Source: Eledone cirrhosa
Taxonomy: Eukaryota
Direction of reading: 5' to 3'
Assembly (NCBI GenBank): GCA_964016885.1
Contig: OZ024760.1
Location: 17,174,001 to 17,238,000, forward strand
DNA: 64,000 nucleotides
Shown here: positions 37,839 to 64,000 of the stretch, piece by piece
Layout: the number at the start of each line of letters is the position of its first letter
Numbering within the stretch: the stretch's first letter is position 1
Notes under the pieces: generated by a model
Told to the model about the DNA's origin: nothing
Database searches by the model: none
Seen by the model: only the letters and a program-made list of their open reading frames with translations
Translations under genes and position numbers: made by a program

Positions 37839-38569
37839 TAGGGATACATGATATGAAGGTTAAAAAACACTTGTGCATAGTGAAGTTTTAAATCAACATT
37901 GAAATGCGCACAATAAAATACTTGGAACTCTTTTAACCATCTTTTGATCTTATATTATTTATACTCTAGTCCTACAAACTGTAGAGTGCTACTTATCCGA
38001 TATTTGCATTGCTTTATTGTACTACAATAAAACTCACCTCCTACATATATATATATATATATATATATATAAACAAGCTTCTATTTCTTTCTCTCTACAC
38101 TTAAATCTCAGATTCCTCACCACCACCACCACCACTGCCACCATCACCACCACCACTACCACCACCAATATCACTACTACTACCATATAGCTAGCCAAAA
38201 TAAGGTCAAGTGGCTTGTGTGACCTAATGGCTGAGATATTGGTCACTGCAGACTACTACTACTTCTACTACTATTATTACTACTACTACTACTACTACTA
38301 TTGCTGCTACTACTGCTATTGCTACTACTGTTACTTCAGCCACTATCCCCACCACTGCTACTGCTACTACTACTACTGGTACTTCAGCTACTATCCTCAC
38401 TACTACTACCATCACAATTACCCCCCACCCCACCCCCCGCCGCTTCCCTAGTCAATACATATTGAGCAATCTTATGATCTGGTGCTCCAAACGTGACCAT
38501 CCCATCTCCTTCTATTTTTACATTGTGGAATGCATCCTTCCCTTTCTAAGTTGCTTGACTATAAATAAG

Positions 38570-39045
38570 ACTTCCTATGAAACTTCACTAAATAAAAAGT
38601 TTGGAGTGTCTTGTGAGTGAATTTGGCTGCTATTTCTAGCTGGTCAATTGACTATATAAAGAGTTCTCGTCACAAACTTCCCCAAATAAAACCCTAAGGT
38701 GAGATGTCATGGAATTTTGCTGCTATTTCTAGCTGGTCAATTGACTATATAAACTATATATAGACTTCCCATCACAAACTTCACTAAATAAAACCCCCAG
38801 GTGTGATGTCAGGGAATTTTGCTGCTATTTCTAGCTGGTCAATTGACTATATAAACTATATATAGACTTCCTATCACAAACTTCACTAAATAAAACCCTC
38901 AGGTGTGATGTCAGGGAATTTTGCTGCTATTTCTAGCTGGTCAATTGACTATATAAACTATATATAGACTTCCCATCACAAACTTCACTAAATAAAACCC
39001 TCAGGTGAGATGTCAGGGAATTTGGCTGCTGTTTCTAGCTGGTCA
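38570..39045. repeat. About 102-bp tandem repeat, 4-5 units
   Basis: ttgctgctatttctagctggtcaattgactatataaa recurs at about 38717, 38819, 38921. Confidence 0.85.
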
Positions 39046-39225
39046 AGCAACCACATATCGTCTTATATACTGTTGATGTCTGACTTCAGCTAACAGAAAC
39101 CTTACACCACAATTAACATTCTTCTACAGTGATCTGTTGTTGATGTTTTCTTCTCTACTGTTGGTCTACAATCAAAACTGTGTTGCTAGGCTGATTTCTG
39201 GATAATTGTGGTGACTACTGGTGGA

Positions 39226-39245
39226 ATATATACACACATACTGGT

Positions 39246-39327
<82 letters not shown>

Positions 39328-39333
39328 GTACAT

Positions 39334-39379
<46 letters not shown>

Positions 39380-39398
39380 GTACATACACACACACACA

Positions 39399-39430
<32 letters not shown>

Positions 39431-39436
39431 GTACAT

Positions 39437-39478
<42 letters not shown>

Positions 39479-39484
39479 GTCCAT

Positions 39485-39527
<43 letters not shown>

Positions 39528-39532
39528 TCCAT

Positions 39533-39574
<42 letters not shown>

Positions 39575-39580
39575 GTACAT

Positions 39581-39628
<48 letters not shown>

Positions 39629-39634
39629 GTACAT

Positions 39635-39680
<46 letters not shown>

Positions 39681-39682
39681 GT

Positions 39683-39764
<82 letters not shown>

Positions 39765-39770
39765 GTACAT

Positions 39771-39818
<48 letters not shown>

Positions 39819-39824
39819 GTACAT

Positions 39825-39857
<33 letters not shown>

Positions 39858-40385
39858 CACACATACTGGTACATACACACACACACATATATATATATAT
39901 ATACACACACACACATACTGGTACACACACATATATATATATATATATACACACATACTGGTACATACACACACACATATATATATATACACATACTGGT
40001 ACATACACACACACATATATATATATATATACATACACACATACTGGTACATACACACACACATATATAATATACATATACACACACATATATATATATA
40101 CATACACACATACTGGTACACACACACACTGGTACACACACACATATATATATATATATACACACACATACTGGTACACACACATATATATATACACACA
40201 CACACATACTGGTACACACATACACACACATACTGGTACACACACATATATATATACACACACATACTGGTACATACACACATATATATATACACACACA
40301 TACTGGTACATACACATATATATATATATATACACATACTGGTACTCACACACATATATATATATATATACACACACATACTGGT

Positions 40386-40432
<47 letters not shown>

Positions 40433-40740
40433 TTGGCACTCATATACACACAGGAACATATATATATACACGCACACATTGGCACTCATATTCACACAGG
40501 AACATTACACACACACATATATGCATTCATATACACAAGGGACATATATACACGCACACACACATTGGCACTCATATACACACAGGAACATATATATATA
40601 CACGCACACATTGGCACTCATATTCACACAGGAACATTACACACACACATATATGCATTCATATACACAAGGGACATATATACACGCACACACACATTGG
40701 CACTCATATACACACAGGAACATATATATACATATATATA
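39226..40740. repeat. Compound (CA)n/(TA)n array punctuated by actggt
   Basis: Repeating catactggtacat(ac)n(at)n modules. Confidence 0.9.
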
Positions 40741-41388
40741 TAGACACACTGGTTGGCTGCCCCCATTAGAGAGTGGTAGTGAGAGTGAAACATCCATACA
40801 TACATCATAAGAGGGTTGTGATATACTTACATACACATACATACATACATACATCATAAGAGGGTTGTGATATACTTACATACACATACATACATACATA
40901 CATCATAAGAGGGTTGTGATATACTTACATACACTAAAGTTTGTCTACCATTAGGAACTAGTGTTGTTAGTGGAACACACATACATACATATCATTTGAG
41001 GGTTGTGATATACTTACATACACATACATACATACATCATAAGAGGGTTGTGATATACTTATATACATATACATACACAAACACACATCATTTGAGGGTT
41101 GTGATATATTTATATACATACATACACACATACACCAGTAGTTATACATACCTACTTACACACACCAGCAGTTATATATACACACACACACACGTACACC
41201 AGCAGTTATATATACACACACATACACCAGTAGTTATACTTACCTACTTACATACATACACACACCAGCAGTTATATATATACACACACACACACACGTA
41301 CACCAGCAGTTAAGTTAACTACTACTACTTATAAAATATCAGTCCAGAGTGGCAAGAGATTGGCAGAAATTTTTAGAGCATCTGGCAA

Positions 41389-43676
41389 GAGGCCTTGCAG
41401 TATTGTTACAGGGGTCAGTGGTGGACACTGAGGCCTTGCAGTATTGTTACAGGGGTCAGTGGTGGACACTGAGGTCTTGCAGTATTGTTACAGGGGTCAG
41501 TGGTGGCAGTGTCAGTAGAAGGTCAGACATCGAGACCTTGCAGTATTGTTACAGGGGTCAGTGGTGGCAGTGTCAGACACTGAGGTCTTGCAGTATTGTT
41601 ACAGGGGTCAGTGGTGGCAGTGTCAGTAGAAGGTCAGACACTGAGACCTTGCAGTATTGTTACAGGGGTCAGTGGTGGCAGTGTCAGACACTGAAGTCTT
41701 GCAGTATTGTTACAGGGGTCAGTGGTGGCAGTGTCAGTAGAAGGTCAGACACTGAGACCTTGCAGTATTGTTACAGGGGTCAGTGGTGGCAGTGTCAGAC
41801 ACTGAGGCCTTGCAGTATTGTTACAGGGGTCAGTGGTGGCAGTGTCTGACACTGAGGCCTTGCAGTATTGTTACAGTGGTGGCAGTGTCTGACACTGAGA
41901 CCTTGCAGTATTGTTACAGGGGTCAGTGGTGGCAGTGTCAGTAGAAGGTCAGACATCGAGACCTTGCAGTATTGTTACAGGGGTCAGTGGTGGCAGTGTC
42001 AGACACTGAGGCCTTGCAGTATTGTTACAGTGGTCAGTGGTGGCAGTGTCAGACACTGAGGTCTTGCAGTATTGTTACAGGGGTCAGTGGTGGCAGTGTC
42101 AGACACTGAGGCCTTGCAGTATTGTTATAGGGGTCAGTGGTGGCAGTGTCAGTAGAAGGTCAGACATCGAGACCTTGCAGTATTGTTACAATGGTCAGTG
42201 GTGGCAGTGTCAGACACTGAGGCCTTGCAGTATTGTTACAGTGGTCAGTGGTGGCAGTGTCAGACACTGAGGTCTTGCAGTATTGTTACAGGGGTCAGTG
42301 GTGGCAGTGTCTGACACTGAGGCCTTGCAGTATTGTTACAGGGGTCAGTGGTGGCAGTGTCAGACACTGAGGCCTTGCAGTATTGTTACAGTGGTCAGTG
42401 GTGGCAGTGTCAGACACTGAGGTCTTGCAGTATTGTTACAGGGGTCAGTGGTGGCAGTGTCAGTAGAAGGTCAGACATCGAGACCTTGCAGTATTGTTAC
42501 AGGGGTCAGTGGTGGCAGTGTCAGACACTGAGGCCTTGCAGTATTGTTACAGGGGTCAGTGGTGGCAGTGTCAGTAGAAGGTCAGACATCGAGACCTTGC
42601 AGTATTGTTACAGGGGTCAGTGGTGGCAGTGTCAGACACTGAGGTCTTGCAGTATTGTTACAGGGGTCAGTGGTGGCAGTGTCAGTAGAAGGTCAGACAC
42701 TGAGACCTTGCAGTATTGTTACAGGGGTCAGTGGTGGCAGTGTCAGACACTGAAGTCTTGCAGTATTGTTACAGGGGTCAGTGGTGGCAGTGTCAGTAGA
42801 AGGTCAGACACTGAGACCTTGCAGTAGTTACAGGGGTCAGTGGTGGCAGTGTCAGACACTGAGGCCTTGCAGTATTGTTACAGTGGTCAGTGGTGGCAGT
42901 GTCAGACACTGAGGTCTTGCAGTATTGTTACAGGGGTCAGTGGTGGCAGTGTCAGACACTGAGGCCTTGCAGTATTGTTACAGGGGTCAGTGGTGGCAGT
43001 GTCAGTAGAAGGTCAGACATCGAGACCTTGCAGTATTGTTACAGGGGTCAGTGGTGGCAGTGTCAGACACTGAGGCCTTGCAGTATTGTTACAGGGGTCA
43101 GTGGTGGCAGTGTCAGACACTGAGGTCTTGCAGTATTGTTACAGGGGTCAGTGGTGGCAGTGTCAGTAGAAGGTCAGACATCGAGACCTTGCAGTATTGT
43201 TACAGGGGTCAGTGGTGGCAGTGTCAGTAGAAGGTCAGACACTGAGACCTTGCAGTATTGTTACAGGGGTCAGTGGTGGCAGTGTCAGACACTGAGGCCT
43301 TGCAGTATTGTTACAGGGGTCAGTGGTGGCAGTGTCAGTAGAAGGTCAGACATCGAGACCTTGCAGTATTGTTACAGGGGTCAGTGGTGGCAGTGTCAGA
43401 CACTGAGGTCTTGCAGTATTGTTACAGGGGTCAGTGGTGGCAGTGTCAGACACTGAGACCTTGCAGTATTGTTACAGTGGTCAGTGGTGGCAGTGTCAGA
43501 CACTGAGGTCTTGCAGTATTGTTACAGGGGTCAGTGGTGGCAGTGTCAGACACTGAGGTCTTGCAGTATTGTTACAGGGGTCAGTGGTGGCAGTGTCAGA
43601 CACTGAGGTCTTGCAGTATTGTTACAGGGGTCAGTGGTGGCAGTGTCAGTAATCGAGACCTTGCAGTATTTGTTAC
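41389..43676. repeat. 50/61-bp minisatellite with partial 111-bp higher-order structure
   Basis: gcagtattgttacaggggtcagtggtggcagtgtca[gtagaaggtca]gacactgagg..; unit starts at 41701, 41762, 41812. Confidence 0.95.
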
Positions 43677-44429
43677 AGAGAGTAGTAGATTGGGAGAGCA
43701 TCGGACACCCTGCTTCACAGCATAGAGTTACGGCCCTTTACGTTCAGAGTTCAAATCCCGCCGAGGTTAGCTTTGCCATGTCTTCAGTTTGAATATATTT
43801 TCCGCCTTTAACTAATCTTAGGGGCTCCGAAAAGGGACAAGGGAGCTGCTTCTCCCTTCTTCATTAAGCTATTGGTATTGATAAGATTACTACTGGTACT
43901 GTTGTTGTTATCCTGAGGGTGGTGGGTTGGCAATAGAATCGGTAGAGCATCGGTCACCCTGCTTCACAGCATAGAGTTACGGCCCTTTACGTTCTGAGTT
44001 CAAATCCCACCGAGGTTAGCTTTGGCTTTCATCCTTACGGGGGGGGAGGGGGTTTGATAAAATAAAGTACCAGTCACACACTGGGGTCAATTTAATTGAC
44101 TTCCCCCCCCCCAAAAAAAAAAATTGCTGGCCTTGAACCTAAAGTAGAAATCATTATTATTATAAGGCAGTGGAATTGGTAGAGCGTCGGTCACCCTGCT
44201 TCACAGCATAGAGTTACGGCCCTTTACGCACTGAGTTAAAATCCCACCAAGATTAGCTTTGTCTTTCATCCTTACAGGCGTCAATAAAATAAAGTACCAG
44301 TCATGCACTGGGGTTGATTTAATCATTGTTTAATGTCTATCTTCCAGGTGAGCAGGGGTTAGACAGGTTTGCCTCACTTGAAGCAAGTTGGGTCGGGTGA
44401 CTGTGTCTCGCTCGTATAGGTGTGTATAT

Positions 44430-44465
<36 letters not shown>

Positions 44466-44926
44466 TATGCAATATCTACATATATAATATACATGCATTA
44501 TATAGTATATATATATACACATTACATAATATATATATATATATGCATTATATAATATACATGCATTACATAATATATATATATATAATATATGCATTAT
44601 ATAATATACATGCATTACATAATATATATATATATATAATATATGCATTATATAATATACATGCATTACATAATATATATATAATATATGCATTATATAA
44701 TATACATGCATTACGTAATATATATATAATATATGCATTATATAATATACATGCATTACATAATATATATATATATATATATAATATATGCATTATATAA
44801 TATACATGCATTACATAATATATATATAAAGTGTATACCATACATGCATTACATAATATATATATATATGTATACATTGTATAATATATATACACATTAC
44901 ATAATATAATGTATACACATTACATA

Positions 44927-44961
<35 letters not shown>

Positions 44962-45599
44962 TTAGTTAAGCAAAGCAAGACCACAAATTTCACAAGGAAG
45001 ACATTAAAAGATTGTCAACATATTTTAGTTTGATGTAGGGAATGTAGAGAATAATAATAATAATAATATTAATAATAATAATGTCCATTTACAATTGTTT
45101 CGCTACTCCATATAATATTTCTGGATCAGATGACTATGTATCATTATTGATCTGGTTCAGTTGAAAATAATTAACATATTTAAAATATATATATATACAC
45201 ATTATATAATATATACACATTTATATACATTATATAATATATACACATAATATATATATATATACATTATATAATATATATATTGATTTTTCATGATAAC
45301 ATGGCTTAGACGAGATATTTCTGTAGTAGCATCCAACACCTGCATTCTGTAGTAAAATAATTGTTTCTACTTTTGGCACAAGGCCAGCAATTATCCCAGT
45401 GCATTACTGGTACTTTATTTTATCGACCCTGTAAGGCAAAGTTAACCTCGCCGGGATTTGAACTCAGAATGGCAAGGGTCGTAACTATGCTGCAAAGCAT
45501 GGCATCCGACCCACTACTGATACTGCCAATCCATCGCCATTCTCTAGTAAAATAATTTTTTTTTAAAAATCAACAGGAAAAAAAGAAGAATAAAAAGGT

Positions 45600-45876
45600 A
45601 TATATTGTTTTTGAATTTTTTTATTTTTCCTGAGATCATTAAGGAACAATCTCTTGCTAAGATTTGGTTCCATTTCTGACAAAATCCTTTTTCTCCAAGT
45701 TTTAAAAAAATAAAAAAAATTGTCCCTCACAACAGCACTGTTTCTTAGTTCCAGTAATTTATTTCTTTATTTATATCATATCACAGTAAAGCCGTGCGTC
45801 TGTATACATATATATATTGTGTCTGTATATGTTATGTGAGAGCGTGTTGTGTGTATGCATGCATACTGCACTGCTA

Positions 45877-45907
<31 letters not shown>

Positions 45908-46241
45908 GCACATACATACATACGTATGTACGTACAACACAGTAACAGGTGGCAAATCACGGCGCAGTTTAAGTTTAATAATTTTTTTTTATATATTTCA
46001 TTCTCCTTTTTTTTATTAAAAAAAAAAAGTCAGTTAGCAGGATGTATTCGCTTCATAGAAGCAACCATTTTTTTTTATATATTTGTATTTTTTTTTTAAT
46101 GAAAAGTCCGTGAATGTATAGAATTGGAACTTACGACAGACTACCCATGGCACTTTTTGCTTTTTTTTTTTCAATACAAAAAAAAGAAAAAAAATTTGTT
46201 CATGCGTTAAATTTTTTCGCATGATTGATTTTGTGAAGTAC

Positions 46242-46273
<32 letters not shown>

Positions 46274-46361
46274 AAATAAAAACTTTTTAAATAACATTTT
46301 TTTTTTCCATATATTAGAAAAAGGATGAATTCTTTTCTGTGTTTTGAAATGTGTCTGTTAT

Positions 46362-46406
<45 letters not shown>

Positions 46407-46652
46407 CAACTTCAGTTTGTCATTTCAGCTTTGCTACTACACTTTACACAACAGTCGTTGAATGAAAGGTTTTAAAGCAAAGGTTTTAAGGTTTCAAGAC
46501 TGAAGCGTCACTTTTAAAAATGAAGGATGTTGGAATGATCAACCAATGATCTTAATGAAGATGAAAAAGATGATTGTGATTATTATTATTATTATCATCA
46601 TGGTGACAAAATGATGAAACATGACGAAAATGGTCTCAGTTTTCTTTTTAGT

Positions 46653-46688
<36 letters not shown>

Positions 46689-48328
46689 AGAGAGTGAGAG
46701 AGAGAAAGAAATGATTGGACGAGTGGAAAAAATGTTTATGAATGTTGATGTATTTGTGGCGGGGTTTGTTTTTTATCTTTTCATTTACGAAAGTTTGTTG
46801 TTTGTATCAAAGATGGACCTTAGGGATTCAGAAATCAAAATCAATCAAAACCCAATTTTTTATGTGTATGTGTGAGAGTGTTTCAGGGGCTTTCAGAGTT
46901 TTGCTTAACCATTTACTAAGAAAGAAGGGATGGGATGGGAATATAATAATTTGTTTTTAAATCAACAAAGTAATATGCAAAAATTTCCAAAGGGTCCTTA
47001 ATTTTAGTTATATGAATGCAATATTTTTTTAGAGGCTGGTTTAGGGGAATCGAACTTGACTTCAAATAAGAAAAAAAATATATATTTTGTGCTTATCTTT
47101 GTTTTTCAAGTATTTCATCAGTTAAATGATCTTTCTAAGAATCTATTTTAAAAAAAGAGGGCTGGGGGACCCGAAATGGATCAAGGAAGCAGATTTTACC
47201 ATCATTAGGAAATGTGGGTTTTATAGGTTTACTTTTTATAAGCTTTTTGTTTTAACCCTTTTCATACCAAACTGCCTGATTTACCCATGGTTATATGATA
47301 CAAAACTGGTTTATTTTTAGAGTTGATATTTATCTAAAAACATCTTCCACCATAATTTTATGGAAAAACTGTTTATGTTCCAAACACCTTGTTAAAATGT
47401 GAAACAGTTTACATTGCTAAATCCTTCCATATTATTTTTCAAAATTATTTGAAAACCATAGGCAGTGTCTTTCATTAGAAATATGGCATTGAAAGGGTTA
47501 AATATCTTCGGCTTATTATTATTTTTAATTTTTTTTTTGGTTTTAATATATCAAATAAATTATTCTGTTGCATTTTTGCATTGTGATGTTTTTTGTTTGT
47601 TTTGTTTTGTTATTTTTTATCAGATGTCATTAGGAAAATTAAATTTGTGTCAGTAAAAAAAAAAAAATGTGTCATCAAATTTTTTGTTATTTTAAGGCCA
47701 AGTAAAAAAAAGTTAAGGAGAAAAAAAAATTTATATAAAAAAAGGGAGGACGATTCATAATTATGTTTTAGTCAACATACGTTTGTTTGGTTTTCATTGT
47801 TTAGTTTTAGCAACAAGATCGCAAATTAATTAAATTAAATAAATTTTATAATCAGAGAACCAGAAAGATGAGAATAAAAGAGGTTATTTTTCTAGCAGAA
47901 ATAATTTTTAAAGGAAAATTTTTAATTTAAATTTATAAAACTATAAATGGCAATGCAAATTAGTTTGGGTTTGGTATTTTTTTTATCCTAATTTATCATT
48001 TTTTTTTAAATTTAAATTTATTTAATGCAAAAACTTAATTTTTGTGTTTGTTTCATAAATCATTAGGGAGGATTTAAAAATATATCTGTGCATATGTATG
48101 TATGTGTGTGTATATATATATACATACATACACAAACGTATATATGTTTATATATATATATATATATACATATATACACACACACATATATATAGATAGA
48201 TAGATATACACACACATGTATTTATGTGTATACATATATATGTATATATAAATATACATATATATAATATATATAAACATAAATATACATATAATATATA
48301 CAAACATATACATATATGTATGTGTATG

Positions 48329-48359
<31 letters not shown>

Positions 48360-49558
48360 AATTTATCTTAAACTTAAATAGTGGTCCCTGATCCTAACAT
48401 AATACTTAATAATAAACCTTAAACAAAAGGGGGTTTGAAATGAGAAGTGATGAGACAGATAGGGAGATAGAAAGGAATGTGGGGACAGACAGACTGGGAG
48501 AGAGGGAGAGGGAGAGTAAGAGAGACATAGAGAGAGAGAGTTGGTATAAGCCAAGTTTTCTACTTTTTTCAACAAATATTGGTCTATGTTGGGTGTGAAA
48601 AGGAAGTGATGAAACAAAGGAGGAGGCAGAATAAGGCAGAGCTGTACAATACAAGATGGGAGGTGGGTAAAGGTTTAAAAAAAAAACCACACTCACTTTT
48701 CCTCCCACTCTCTATTTTGCTTTGCTTTTGTTCATACAGGCAGGATCTAATATTCCAAATATAATATTAGAGTGCAGAGAGAAATTAGAGACAAGAAAAA
48801 AAAGATGGAAGCACCAGAGAAGAAAGGTATTTAAAATAAACTAGGAGAAGGGAGAAAAAAAATATTTAGCTAAATTGTAGGGAAAATAATATATTAAATT
48901 TCAACAACTAAAGAGGAAGAAATTAAAATGCAATGCAAGAACAGAAGAAACAAAAAGTTATGTCATATATTTTATCTATGTTGAATGTCAGGGTGTCCCT
49001 AACAATTGGCTCATAGATATCTTATGTTATGTGAAGTGAAGTGAAGAAGAAATAGGGAATGAGATAATGACAGTAGGGGAGATAGATGGGTGGTAGAGGT
49101 TCAGATCTGTTCCTGTGGTTAACAGAACACGATTATTTAAGGAAGGATGAGGAAGGGAGTTGGGAGCGTGGATGGGGAGAAGGGAATCTGTGTATAAAAA
49201 TAGCAAACTGATGTAGGGAAGGGGTTTGGGAGTTACTGGCTTAGGGGTGGGGTGGAGGATTGGATAATGTTTGGTGGGGGAGAAAGAGAGAGAGAGAATT
49301 ATATGAGGTTTTGAAACTGATCCGACATGGAATAGTGTACAGTTTGGTTTTGAATTCCCATCTCAATCAATGTATGATGTTGGTGGTGGTGATGGACGGG
49401 TGGGGCAAAAAAAAAAAAAAAACAACAAAAAAACAAAGGAAAAAAAAAATACACGTATATAAAGTAACACAAAAAATAAAACCCCAACTCTTCCCCTGCC
49501 ACTTGTGTATGATGTTAAACACTAGGGGGCAGGAGTGGTGGTGTCAAGAGAAAGGTTT
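45600..49558 (-). other. Probable long AU-rich 3' UTR of MKNK
   Basis: About 4 kb of AT-rich sequence downstream of the stop, with long T runs on the coding strand and few interspersed repeats; true 3' end not determined. Confidence 0.45.
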
Positions 49559-63206
<13,648 letters not shown>

Positions 63207-64000
63207 TGTGGTAAAAATTTATATTAAATTATATTATAATTATATATTATAAATACACAAATATACACACACAAAAACAGCTTTAGCTTCTATAAATATA
63301 AAGTCAGTTTAGCTAACACTGTTTAACACAACACAAACACGACACGACACGACGAAGCACTATCACTAAATGAAGACAAGACTAAGAAGTTCTGAGGTGG
63401 TGGGAAAATTTTGACAGTTTTTCATAAGTTTTTATTACAAAATAAATAATAAAGTAATGAGAAATTAGTGGATTTCCCATGATACCACGACCACCACCGT
63501 ATACAGAAAACACCTGTCGACACCCACATACCCAAAGGAAGCACGAGGTTTAAATTATCATTCACGTTCCAGAAAATGTGGATTACTTGAAAAGCTGTTT
63601 CTCTGGTGTAGGGACAAAAATGTAGTCACATGTTATTTAATGATTATTTATAACATTAATTAATGACCGAGTCGCCCATCCCCAAACATTGAATCCAAGA
63701 TTTGCTTGTGCCATATCACTGTAACGAAGCTGGCCTTTTCACAATTACAGGTAGGCTGACCCTTTGAATTACAGGTACGGTCCACCCTACAAGCTTCAAA
63801 GCAGTTCCCATCTACCTAGTTACACTTATGAGACTTGGGGTCAATTCGAGGCTAAGGTAAATGGCAATTGTTCTAGATGCCAACTCTGTGGAATAGAACC
63901 CAGGAGCAAGTAGGTCCCCTTAAATTCGTAGGTCCATATTAACTAGCCTATCTGCCCTTTCTTTTGGATCTAGATTCTCCCCACAGCTCCTTCCAGGGGT

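Noticed and set aside
39172-40810. 400-530-aa ORFs in several frames (similar ones at 1596-2379, 35164-36477, 44337-44895)
   Set aside because: (TA)n/(CA)n compound repeats lack stop codons by composition
41349-43725. Cys/Trp-rich repetitive ORFs; CRISPR-like appearance
   Set aside because: Minisatellite translation with frame changes; no unique spacers and no cas genes; eukaryotic context

Overview
AT-rich, microsatellite- and SINE-dense animal genomic DNA. The SINE families look like those of coleoid cephalopods, probably an octopod (inference). Three intron-containing genes were spliced by hand with consistent GT-AG phases: (1) an SLC25 mitochondrial carrier on + (7 exons, 9541-14687; first coding exon not found); (2) CCDC152 on - (8 exons, 31200-18930, 274 aa); (3) a MAPK-interacting kinase MKNK/Mnk on - (10 exons, 63206-49559, about 547 aa, first exon tentative). 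Nearly all long ORFs in the supplied track are microsatellite or minisatellite artefacts. The main unexpected signal is a dense set of short non-coding elements, most sitting in (TA)n tracts, that carry type I hammerhead ribozyme folds (CUGANGA...GAAA...NUH with stems I-III). There are about 9 sequence-unrelated families and about 20 complete or partial motifs. Several have palindromic stem III or compensatory base changes, and many are arranged as fold-back inverted duplications. This resembles Penelope-like-element pseudo-LTRs or non-autonomous retrozymes. The window also contains tRNA-SINEs, TTAA- and hAT-type MITEs, LINE fragments and several minisatellites, one of them expanded inside a MITE.
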